Shown: one piece after another, positions 7,835-16,285 of the stretch
Position numbering within the stretch: position 1 is the stretch's first letter
How the letters are laid out: each line of letters starts with the position of its first letter
Virus record (IMG/VR): IMGVR_UViG_3300032326_000646
Location: 1 to 57,781 of that record
Strand: one strand, 5' to 3'
Source: a virus
Lineage: Duplodnaviria; Caudoviricetes
Length of the DNA: 57,781 bases
Made by a program: the position numbers and the translations under genes
Notes under the pieces: model-generated
Database searches by the model: none
The model's input: only the letters and a program-made list of their open reading frames with translations
What the model was told of the DNA's origin: nothing

Positions 7835-9298
7835 GTGGCAGCAGAAAATATTGATAATACCGTCAATGGTACTGGGCTATTCCCTACAAAAGTTCCTGGT
7901 CTTTCAGATGCAGCAGATATTCAGGCAGCACTAAGACTATATCATTATGGATCATACACCTATGATGGCTCCAACACCAACAAAGCAAATCTTGTAACAC
8001 CTTCTATTGCTAAACACCTGCAAAATCTTGCTGATGCAGATGCAGCAGAGATAGTAAATAGGAATACTGCTATTGCAAATGCAATTAGTACAGCAACAGG
8101 AGCATACTCAGACCTTGCTGGAAATGCTCTTGAATGGAATTCTGTTGATGAAAGATTTGATGTTGAGCCAAGAATTGCAAATACTGGAGTAGTTTTAACA
8201 AAAACAGCAAACTTTACTTTGTCTCCAAGCGATGTTGGTAAAACTATTCTTTTGTATTCTTCAGATCCTATGACTGTAACACTTCCAGCAAACAATTCAG
8301 TAGAAATTCCAGTAGGATACTCTGTTGATATAATTCAAACAGGTTCTGGATCAGTAACTGTTTCTGAAGGTAGTGTTGCTGTTTCAATTAATAGCAAATC
8401 TAACATAAAGTCTTTAGATGGTCAGTATTCAAAAGGAACTTTAGTCAAAATAGACACCAATACATGGTTTTTTTTTGGAAACTTACTTAACAGTGTAACA
8501 CCAACACCTACACCTGTAGCCCCTACACCAGTTGCACCTACCCCTGTAGCACCTACCCCTGTAGCACCTACCCCTGTAGCACCTACCCCTGTAGCACCTA
8601 CCCCTGTAGCACCTACTCCAGTTGCTCCAACACCTGTAGCACCTACACCAGTTTCTCCAACACCTACAGAAACAACAACATACTGGGCTACAGGTTGCTG
8701 TCTTGGAGCCACCACCAATCGTCAGGTAACTGGAACAAGTACTGAAAATGCTATTGCTGCTGGTGTCAATGTAATTAATGCTTGTAACGGTTCAGGAGAA
8801 AATCTTGGGACTGTTCAAGAAGGTTCGTATACAACAACTAACAACATACCTACTTTAACTTGTACAGCCCCTCCTACACCTGTAGGACCAACAGTTTATG
8901 ATATCTATACTTATTGTGATCCAATATTTCCTGCCATGAGAGGTGGAGCGTATGGAACCCAATCAGCAAGTTCAAGTGTTAATGTTGGAACAACAACTAA
9001 TGCATCCTTAACTAGTGAGCAGATAGTCGCTCTCCTTGGTTATGGATCTGGTTGTCCGACAGTTCCTACCCCTGTAGCACCTACCCCTGTAGCACCTACC
9101 CCTGTAGCACCTACCCCTGTAGCACCTACTCCAGTTGCTCCAACACCTGTAGCACCTACTCCAACTGCTCCTGTTCCAACTCCAGGCGGTGGATGTGTAC
9201 CAGGAGAACTTTGTTACTCTGAATTTGATGGAAGTTGTATTAGTATTTGGACATATAACTCATCTTGTGGATGTGTATTCTCTAGTAGAGTATGCTAA
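7835..9298 (+). CDS. Fibre-like protein with adaptor domain, (PTPVA)n proline-rich repeats and Cys-rich domains
   Basis: GTG start with AAGGGTGA SD; adaptor ending WFFFGNL; 9+6 PVAPT units; Cys clusters. Confidence 0.8.
   Translation: MAAENIDNTVNGTGLFPTKVPGLSDAADIQAALRLYHYGSYTYDGSNTNKANLVTPSIAKHLQNLADADAAEIVNRNTAIANAISTATGAYSDLAGNALEWNSVDERFDVEPRIANTGVVLTKTANFTLSPSDVGKTILLYSSDPMTVTLPANNSVEIPVGYSVDIIQTGSGSVTVSEGSVAVSINSKSNIKSLDGQYSKGTLVKIDTNTWFFFGNLLNSVTPTPTPVAPTPVAPTPVAPTPVAPTPVAPTPVAPTPVAPTPVAPTPVAPTPVSPTPTETTTYWATGCCLGATTNRQVTGTSTENAIAAGVNVINACNGSGENLGTVQEGSYTTTNNIPTLTCTAPPTPVGPTVYDIYTYCDPIFPAMRGGAYGTQSASSSVNVGTTTNASLTSEQIVALLGYGSGCPTVPTPVAPTPVAPTPVAPTPVAPTPVAPTPVAPTPTAPVPTPGGGCVPGELCYSEFDGSCISIWTYNSSCGCVFSSRVC
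8497..8667 (+). repeat. 15-bp coding tandem repeat (CCTACCCCTGTAGCA), block 1
   Basis: Nine PVA units plus one PVS unit. Confidence 0.95.
9065..9185 (+). repeat. 15-bp coding tandem repeat, block 2
   Basis: Six PVA units with the same synonymous variants as block 1. Confidence 0.95.
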
Positions 9299-9332
9299 CT
9301 ATGGTATACTAGTTTAAAAGAAAGGATTTATT

Positions 9333-9560
9333 ATGACAGAGTCAATCGGCGAACTTACAAACATGAAAACTTATGCCATTATTGTAGATGGAGAATTTGC
9401 TTGTGTTTTAAAAATGCCTTCATTGGGTCATCCAAAAGTAGAAATGATATCAGCGGCACTAAGTAGTAATCCAGTCGTTGTAGATATGACTGATGAAGAT
9501 TTTCCAGACGACGGTATTGGATGGGTTTGGAACGGTTATCAACTAGAAAAATCATTATAA
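9333..9560 (+). CDS. Small fibre-associated protein
   Basis: YAIIVDGE...GWVWNG pattern typical of small proteins following tail fibres; TGGTATACT plus AAAGGA SD. Confidence 0.55.
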   Translation: MTESIGELTNMKTYAIIVDGEFACVLKMPSLGHPKVEMISAALSSNPVVVDMTDEDFPDDGIGWVWNGYQLEKSL

Positions 9561-9563
9561 CTC

Positions 9564-9803
9564 GTGGGTGAAAAATTAACTCCCTGGGAACAATATAAAA
9601 AAAATCTTGGAGAAACAAGGCCTTGGGATATAATAAATCCATCAGTTATAAAATCTTCTGAAGAAGAATCTTTAAAAAGATATGAGATATGTAAGTCTTG
9701 TCCAGAATTAATAAAACTTACGTCTCAATGTAAAAAATGTGGATGCTTTATGAAAATAAAAACAACATTGGCAGCAGCAGAATGCCCATTAGGAAAATGG
9801 TAA
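9564..9803 (+). CDS. Small Cys-rich metal-binding protein (DUF6171-like)
   Basis: RYEICKSC...QCKKCGCFM...CPLGKW. Confidence 0.65.
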   Translation: MGEKLTPWEQYKKNLGETRPWDIINPSVIKSSEEESLKRYEICKSCPELIKLTSQCKKCGCFMKIKTTLAAAECPLGKW

Positions 9804-9804
9804 A

Positions 9805-10404
9805 ATGATAAAAGAAGAAATTGCTCCAGGAATAGTTGTTTACAGCAATGTCATTCCTAATAGTGAAAATCTATATAAAGATATAGAAGAGGGTTTAGTT
9901 TCAGCAAACCTTGAATGGCAACAGGCATCAGTTAAAGAAATAGATACTCCAAAGGTAAATACAAACACAAGAGATACGCATACTTTTGGTGTTGACTATT
10001 TGGGTAAAGTTGATGATAGCACTCCATTAAGTCTATCTGAGTTTTTCTTGTTAAGTCTTAATAATATTTTTTTTAAAAGTTTTGATCCAGTAGAAAAAGA
10101 CTACATGGCATCATATGCAATGTTTGCTGACTCTCATGACTCATATGGAATTTTAAAATACGGCAAAGGTCAAAAATTTACAAATCATATAGATGATCAT
10201 AAAGACTACCATAGAAGAGTTTCTACAGTTTATTATTTAAATGATAATTATAAAGGTGGAGAAATAAATTTTCCAAGATTTAATATAAAATTTAAACCAA
10301 AAGCAAATCAAATGATCATATTTCCATCAACATATGTTTATAATCATTCTGTAAGTGAAGTTACCGAAGGATTTAGATATGCTGTAGTTAGTTGGATGAA
10401 ATAA
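9805..10404 (+). CDS. 2OG-Fe(II) oxygenase, prolyl 4-hydroxylase-like
   Basis: HID (HxD), YLNDNYKGGEINF, distal NH and RYAVVSW. Confidence 0.9.
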   Translation: MIKEEIAPGIVVYSNVIPNSENLYKDIEEGLVSANLEWQQASVKEIDTPKVNTNTRDTHTFGVDYLGKVDDSTPLSLSEFFLLSLNNIFFKSFDPVEKDYMASYAMFADSHDSYGILKYGKGQKFTNHIDDHKDYHRRVSTVYYLNDNYKGGEINFPRFNIKFKPKANQMIIFPSTYVYNHSVSEVTEGFRYAVVSWMK

Positions 10405-11219
10405 TGAAAAATGCTATAGTCTATTCTATCAATGCAGTTGGAGAAAAATTTGAAAATTCTGTTAGATTTAGACAGTTGCTTTATTCTGTTTCAAGACTTA
10501 GGAGATTTAATAAAAATATAGATATCTATGCATATGTTTCAGATAAAGATTTTTTTTTGAATACAGAGAAATATAAAAATTTAAATATTATTTTTAAATA
10601 TTTTGAAATACCTATATATAATATATCAAATACTCATTACAGCAAATCAAACAATGCAGAAAAACTTTGGCATAGATGGTCAAACACTTTTGAAGTTTTA
10701 AAAAGTTCAGAATACGATAATGTTCTTTATATTGATACCGATACTGTTTTTTATAATGACCCAGAAATATTATTTTCAATTTACGGAAACACAAACTCTA
10801 TATACACTAAAGAAGACAATTGTTATGAGATTATGAACTCTTTGGGTGTAGATAAAAATGGGCTTAATGCTGGGCAGGTTTTGTTTAGTAAATCTTTGTT
10901 GTTTTCAGAATCTGGAATGTTTGAGTTTATGGATAACTATATAGACTTAAAATTAAAAGAAATAAGAACAACGATGCCAACAGAAATGTATCACCAGACC
11001 ATATGGGTTATTGATCAGTATGCTCTTTATGAATATTATAAATCTATAGATATTCCAGTTAAAATTTATGATAAAAAACATGTTATGTTGCACTTAGAGC
11101 CTTGGATAAATGAAACATCTGAATTAGTTTTACATCATTATTTAAATAGAAATTATAAGGTTGCAGTCCCAGCAGAGTTTGCTTATGATAATATCTTAGA
11201 AAGGATATTTCAAAAATGA
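10404..11219 (+). CDS. GT-A fold glycosyltransferase (GT8-like)
   Basis: YIDTD (DxD), LNAG, DQYAL, late HHY; TAATG-coupled to the oxygenase. Confidence 0.8.
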   Translation: MKNAIVYSINAVGEKFENSVRFRQLLYSVSRLRRFNKNIDIYAYVSDKDFFLNTEKYKNLNIIFKYFEIPIYNISNTHYSKSNNAEKLWHRWSNTFEVLKSSEYDNVLYIDTDTVFYNDPEILFSIYGNTNSIYTKEDNCYEIMNSLGVDKNGLNAGQVLFSKSLLFSESGMFEFMDNYIDLKLKEIRTTMPTEMYHQTIWVIDQYALYEYYKSIDIPVKIYDKKHVMLHLEPWINETSELVLHHYLNRNYKVAVPAEFAYDNILERIFQK

Positions 11220-11749
11220 AAGAATTTAAAGATTTTTTGCCAATTGATTTAGCAAAAAAATATTATAACTTTGGACTAGATGTTGTATCTGGTAGGTCTG
11301 GACTAAATTCTGTTTGGACAAACCAGGCTTGGGATAAAGGAATAGTAGAGGATAGTTCTGTAGTAGTGTGTATTAGACTTCCAGATGAGTTTTTACCTCA
11401 ACTACAATCAATTCTTGAGGATAAATTAATATTCGATAAAAATAGAGATATGCCATTAATCAGTTCAAGATCTGCAATGGTTTATGTTTGGTCAAAAGAC
11501 TCCTACATTCCAGTTCACTCAGACGGTGTATATAGTAGAGCCATTACTGTGTATTTAAATGAAACCTGGCAATATAATGATGGAGGAATGTTTAACTGGC
11601 TTGATCCAGAAAAGAATGAATGGAAAAACATTGAGCCAACATTTAATAAGGCCGTTATAAATGATTCAGGGTATTCCCATGGAATAACACCTGTAAAGTC
11701 ATCTAATAATAGAATAACCTTACAGGTGTTTTTAAGTCCGCTTACTTAG
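11216..11749 (+). CDS. Second 2OG-Fe(II) oxygenase, prolyl hydroxylase-like
   Basis: HSD, VYLNETWQYNDGG, SHGITPV, RITLQ. Confidence 0.88.
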   Translation: MKEFKDFLPIDLAKKYYNFGLDVVSGRSGLNSVWTNQAWDKGIVEDSSVVVCIRLPDEFLPQLQSILEDKLIFDKNRDMPLISSRSAMVYVWSKDSYIPVHSDGVYSRAITVYLNETWQYNDGGMFNWLDPEKNEWKNIEPTFNKAVINDSGYSHGITPVKSSNNRITLQVFLSPLT

Positions 11750-12305
11750 GAAATTTAGCCATCCAAGATTTGGTTCTTGGAGTAATGCCTTTCCACGAAG
11801 ACCAGTCTTCCCCACCGTTTGTCATATAGTATGCAATCTCTGCATTCTTTACGGGATTAAATAACTCAGCATTTGACTCAAGATCAAACTTAGTTCTTCT
11901 GTCAGGACCAAGGTCGTCAATCATATTAATTTGAAACATGCCGTAAGACGAGTCACCAGTCTTATGGTTTCCGTTAAAAGCCAATGGTCTTCCATTAGAT
12001 TCTTTTTTGGCTACTGCCCAAGCAACAACAAGGTCTTTACCCTTGAAGCCCACTAGCGAAAGCAGTTCCTTTAGTTCTAAATCAGTCAGAGAAACCTTGT
12101 TCTCAAAACTCTCTAGTTTTTTTGTCTTAGAAACCAAAAAAACCTCTTTCGAGGCGGTTTCCGATGTCTGAGCCTGTTCAAGGCTAAGGTTATTTTTCGT
12201 ACTTAGTTCTGGGGTAGCATTAGCAGCATTAGAAGATATTGCTACTAATAATACAATACTGAGTGTGCTAATGATCTCTTTGTTTCTTTCGATAAATTTA
12301 ATCAT
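11742..12305 (-). CDS. Exported lysozyme-like lytic transglycosylase (SLT family)
   Basis: N-terminal signal-like segment; catalytic ES (KKESNG), GMFQIN, WSSW; AAGGAGG SD before ATG 12305; TGTTATACT on the minus strand at 12354-12362. Confidence 0.85.
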   Translation of the reverse strand: MIKFIERNKEIISTLSIVLLVAISSNAANATPELSTKNNLSLEQAQTSETASKEVFLVSKTKKLESFENKVSLTDLELKELLSLVGFKGKDLVVAWAVAKKESNGRPLAFNGNHKTGDSSYGMFQINMIDDLGPDRRTKFDLESNAELFNPVKNAEIAYYMTNGGEDWSSWKGITPRTKSWMAKFPK

Positions 12306-12409
12306 AGTTTCCTCCTTAGAAAACAATAACACCCTGGTAGGTGTCTAATACCAAGTATAACATAAAATTTTATCAAAAGTCAACTTTAGATGGTGGTATA
12401 ATAAATTCT

Positions 12410-12949
12410 ATGCCTAACTCACCACTTAATTATCCTACTATGCAATATCCTCTTGCCTCAGACCCAGTTAATGTCCATGGAGATTTTAAGGTTTTAGTTG
12501 ACGCATTAACTAATATTTTACCACCACTAGGAATGACAAATTTTTCTTCAAAAGTTAAAAATAACTCTGGGGTTTCTTTAATTCCAGGAACTCCAGTATT
12601 TATTTCTGGAAGTTTATCTGGTTTACCAACGGTAGCAAAGTATAATCCATCAAGCCCTACACATAACCCAGATGTACCAATTCTTGGAGTTGTTCAAAGT
12701 ACCATAGAAAATAATGCAGAGGGCGTTGTTATCGTGTCTGGTGTTTTACAAATGAATTTAACAGGAATTGCTTCTACAGTAGGTGCAAAAATTTATGTTA
12801 ATGATAGTGGAAATCTTGTAGAAGGTCGCCCATTGACTGGTCCAGCAAGATATATTGCAGTAGTTGCAAACTTAGGCCAACAGGGTTTGCTGATTGTTCA
12901 AGCAAAAGGAAACGGTACTTGGGGTGCACTCAAAGACGGTTTATCGTGA
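12410..12949 (+). CDS. Virion protein (capsid-cement/DUF2190-like beta fold)
   Basis: GTPVFISG...GVVIVSGVL...GAKIYV; leaderless ATG 12410. Confidence 0.55.
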   Translation: MPNSPLNYPTMQYPLASDPVNVHGDFKVLVDALTNILPPLGMTNFSSKVKNNSGVSLIPGTPVFISGSLSGLPTVAKYNPSSPTHNPDVPILGVVQSTIENNAEGVVIVSGVLQMNLTGIASTVGAKIYVNDSGNLVEGRPLTGPARYIAVVANLGQQGLLIVQAKGNGTWGALKDGLS

Positions 12950-12961
12950 TATAATAACATT

Positions 12962-13378
12962 ATGGCAACTTTAAGAGGATCTCAAACATTATACGACATA
13001 GGAAATAAACCACCTACAGTTATTTGGACTGTTGTTCGTGGAGATACTTCTGGTTTTAAGGTTTATGTAACTGATGATGCTAAAGAGCCACTAATTCTAA
13101 AAGGTGAAGGATCTGAGTGGGATATTTCAATGAAGATCAAAAGACCAACACTTGAAAAAGACAAAGGAATTATTACTGATAACGCAACAACAATAATGGC
13201 ATTACATCCAGTTGCAGACGAAGATGATCTGGTCGGAGAATTTACAGTTTGGCTTACAGCAGAAGAATCTAATGTCTTGCAGACAGGAGACATCTTTGAT
13301 ATTCAGGTTAGCGACCCAACAAGAGTCTGGACAGTTTGCCAGGGTAGCATGAAGATTCTTGAAGATGTAACAGATTAA
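12962..13378 (+). CDS. BppU-N-like virion protein
   Basis: VVRGDT...FDIQV...GSMKILEDVT. Confidence 0.6.
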   Translation: MATLRGSQTLYDIGNKPPTVIWTVVRGDTSGFKVYVTDDAKEPLILKGEGSEWDISMKIKRPTLEKDKGIITDNATTIMALHPVADEDDLVGEFTVWLTAEESNVLQTGDIFDIQVSDPTRVWTVCQGSMKILEDVTD

Positions 13379-13602
13379 TGGCAACAGCAACACTACTAGA
13401 TAACTTAAAAGGTAAAACAGAAAAGATATTTCCAATAGACTACCCACTAGTTCAGGTAGAAGACTTTACAAGAAATACAGTAATTAGTGAGATACTTCCA
13501 TTTAGGGTTAAGTTTACAGCCATTCAGATTCAGGCTATTGGTTTGGGAAATACCCCAGCAATTCCTCTCCAAGTTATTGGCTACAGTAACTATATTCTTT
13601 AA
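13378..13602 (+). CDS. Small virion-associated protein
   Basis: TAATG coupling to the upstream gene. Confidence 0.6.
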   Translation: MATATLLDNLKGKTEKIFPIDYPLVQVEDFTRNTVISEILPFRVKFTAIQIQAIGLGNTPAIPLQVIGYSNYIL

Positions 13603-13634
13603 TTATCTAATTAAAAGGGTGATATAATTACGGC

Positions 13635-14081
13635 ATGGCTAAAATATCAATTCCATCAGTTAAGAGTCTATTTCAAACTGGAGATAGGCCTACTCAAGAA
13701 AACTATGAAGATTTAATCGATACCGCTTCAGCCCAGGCAACAGACTTGGGTTCAGCAGGTAACAATGAAAACACAATCACTGGTATTGAGAACGTAACTG
13801 TTATTGATAACTTTGACGCTACAGTTTGGCGTATGGTCAAGTATATTGTTTCAATATCAAAGACCTCTGCAGGGGACAACAAGTTCTATGCAACCGAACT
13901 AACAATTCTCGTTGACGGTACAAATGTAAATGTCAGCGAATACGGAACAATCGACAATGATGGGAATATTGGCACCATTAATGTCTCTCGCACTGGAAAT
14001 ACCGTGGCCTTAACCGTCACTCCAGAACCTGCGATCAAGCCAGTCACAGTTCGTTTCGCACGAATTGGACTTAAGGCATAA
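13635..14081 (+). CDS. Virion protein
   Basis: FQTGDRPTQENYEDLIDT N-terminus; C-terminal domain (KYIVSI...SEYG) paralogous to the end of 14098. Confidence 0.65.
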   Translation: MAKISIPSVKSLFQTGDRPTQENYEDLIDTASAQATDLGSAGNNENTITGIENVTVIDNFDATVWRMVKYIVSISKTSAGDNKFYATELTILVDGTNVNVSEYGTIDNDGNIGTINVSRTGNTVALTVTPEPAIKPVTVRFARIGLKA

Positions 14082-14097
14082 CTAAGGAGATATAAAA

Positions 14098-15744
14098 ATG
14101 GCAACAGTAAATAAAGATTTTAAGATTAAGAGTGGACTTATCGTTGAAGGCCTACAAGGTACAATCAACGGTGAGACAATTCTTACAGAAGTAGCAGGAG
14201 ATCAATACATCCTTGACCTCATTAGCGGAGAAACACTTATCAAGTCTGTTGATACTGATGATTTTACAGTAACCGCTGGACTACTTACAGTAGCAGCAGG
14301 TTCAGACATTGCAAGAAGTGGTGACATCACCAATGCAATTGATGCACTTACAACAGACGTAATTGAAGAAGGTATTAATAACCAGTACTTTACAACAGCA
14401 AGAGTTGACTCACACCTTTCAGGTGGAGCAGGAATTGACTACCAAGCAGGAACAATCTCTGTTGCTACTGGAACTGGTATCACTTTAGAACAAAATGATT
14501 TTATTGCAATTGACCGTAATACAGTAGACAACTGGTACGATGCAAACGGTGCAGCATCAGCAGCACAGGCTGCAGCAGAACTAACTGCTTCAGGAGATGC
14601 AACAACTAAGGCTAACGCAGCAGAGCAGAATGCTAAGGACTATGCAGACGACTTGATCAATGATGCATCAAACCTTTCAACAGAGGTTTGGTCAGCATAC
14701 AAGACAAACACAGAAATTGGTTTGGCTCAAGCAGCAGCAGAACTACATGCAGACAATGCAATTGCTGCACTCGTAGATTCAGCACCAGCAACCCTTGACA
14801 CTCTTAACGAGTTGGCTCAGGCACTTCAGGATAATCCAGATATTATCTCTGACCTTCAAGATATTGCAGCAGGCAAGCAAGATACGCTAACAGCAGGATC
14901 AAACATTGAAATTACTGGACTAAACGTAATCAATGTAACTGGTCTAGATGCAGCAGATATTTCAGACTTTAACACTGCAGCACTTTCAGCAACAGCAGCA
15001 GCATACGATGTTGCAGGAGCAGCAGCCACAGCACAAGGCAACGCCGAAGACTACGCTGATGGACTTGCAGTTAACTACGATGCAGCAGGTTCTGCTTCAA
15101 CAGCACAGACTAATGCTGAATCTTTTGCTACAAATGCAATTAATGCACTTGACACAGACGATATTGAAGAGGGTTCAACTAATCTTTACTTCACAGAGCA
15201 ACGTGCAAAAGATGTAGCACAAGGTCTTCTTGTTCAAGCAACAAAGACTAATATCTCTATTACATCAGATCCAATGGGTGGAATAATTATCACTGCAGAA
15301 AACGGTGTAGCAGATTCTGATACTGATGACCTTGATGAAGGTACAACAAACAAGTACTTTACAGATGTTCGTGCAGTAGACGCTCTTGAAGCAGTTGTTC
15401 CAAACTTTACAGCAGTTGAGTTAAACTCAGTTGCTAAGCAGGTCGCAGCAACACTTTCAGCACCAACAGCAGGAATTCAAGTAGCACACGCCTTCGCAAA
15501 GGCTGACTACCGTTCAGCAGAATACCTTGTAAAGGTTGCCTACGGAACACATACTGAAATCTCAAAGGTCCTTTTGACACTTGATTCTTCAGATAACATT
15601 GCAATTACTGAATACGGAATTGTTGGAACAAATGGCTCAGCGTCATCAATTTCAGCAGGCGTTTCAGGAGCAAATGTACAACTTCAAGTAACAACTGCCA
15701 ACGTTAACTCAACAGTTACTGTTGTCGGAACATTGCTTGCGTAA
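14098..15744 (+). CDS. Tail fibre protein (alanine-rich coiled coil)
   Basis: TDxxxEGxxNxYFT repeats x3, APATLDTLNELA motif, AAGGAG SD. Confidence 0.75.
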   Translation: MATVNKDFKIKSGLIVEGLQGTINGETILTEVAGDQYILDLISGETLIKSVDTDDFTVTAGLLTVAAGSDIARSGDITNAIDALTTDVIEEGINNQYFTTARVDSHLSGGAGIDYQAGTISVATGTGITLEQNDFIAIDRNTVDNWYDANGAASAAQAAAELTASGDATTKANAAEQNAKDYADDLINDASNLSTEVWSAYKTNTEIGLAQAAAELHADNAIAALVDSAPATLDTLNELAQALQDNPDIISDLQDIAAGKQDTLTAGSNIEITGLNVINVTGLDAADISDFNTAALSATAAAYDVAGAAATAQGNAEDYADGLAVNYDAAGSASTAQTNAESFATNAINALDTDDIEEGSTNLYFTEQRAKDVAQGLLVQATKTNISITSDPMGGIIITAENGVADSDTDDLDEGTTNKYFTDVRAVDALEAVVPNFTAVELNSVAKQVAATLSAPTAGIQVAHAFAKADYRSAEYLVKVAYGTHTEISKVLLTLDSSDNIAITEYGIVGTNGSASSISAGVSGANVQLQVTTANVNSTVTVVGTLLA

Positions 15745-15779
15745 TAAAAAATAAAAATAGTTGGAAGAGGGAGTAGTAA

Positions 15780-16229
15780 ATGGCAACAGTCGATAAAGAC
15801 TTCAAGGTCAAGAATGGGTTAGTCGTTGCAAACGGCGGTACATTCGGAGATGCAGTAACAGTAGGAGCCCCAACTCTTGCTGATCATGCAACAACCAAGG
15901 AGTATGTAGATTCAAAATCTATGGCAGTTGGACCTACTCCTCCTTCTTCACCAACTAATGGTACCCAGTGGTTAGACACTGGAACAAACAGAGTTAATTT
16001 TTATTACAATGGTTCTTGGTACACCCAAGCAACTATTGATGATACAAATAACTTACCACAACACATTCACGATACCGCAATTGATGGAACTGGTTTCATA
16101 GTATCTCAGTTCTATGAAGGCGGATCATTTAACAGCCCATTGGGTGTAGGTTTGGATGCAGGTGGACCCTCCACAACAGAGTGGACAGTTGTATTTGATG
16201 GCGGTAGTGTAGTAGATAACTTCAATTAA
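15780..16229 (+). CDS. Short fibre/adaptor protein
   Basis: N-terminus paralogous to 14098; HATTKEYVD; PPSSPTNGTQWLDT; DGG-type motifs. Confidence 0.65.
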   Translation: MATVDKDFKVKNGLVVANGGTFGDAVTVGAPTLADHATTKEYVDSKSMAVGPTPPSSPTNGTQWLDTGTNRVNFYYNGSWYTQATIDDTNNLPQHIHDTAIDGTGFIVSQFYEGGSFNSPLGVGLDAGGPSTTEWTVVFDGGSVVDNFN

Positions 16230-16285
16230 AATTGATGTTATAATAATATAAGAAAATGGGCAGCCCCCATAAGGAGAAATAAAAT

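Noticed and set aside
8422-8718. Minus-strand (GVGAT)n ORF
   Set aside because: Antisense shadow of the PTPVA repeat, with no expression signals
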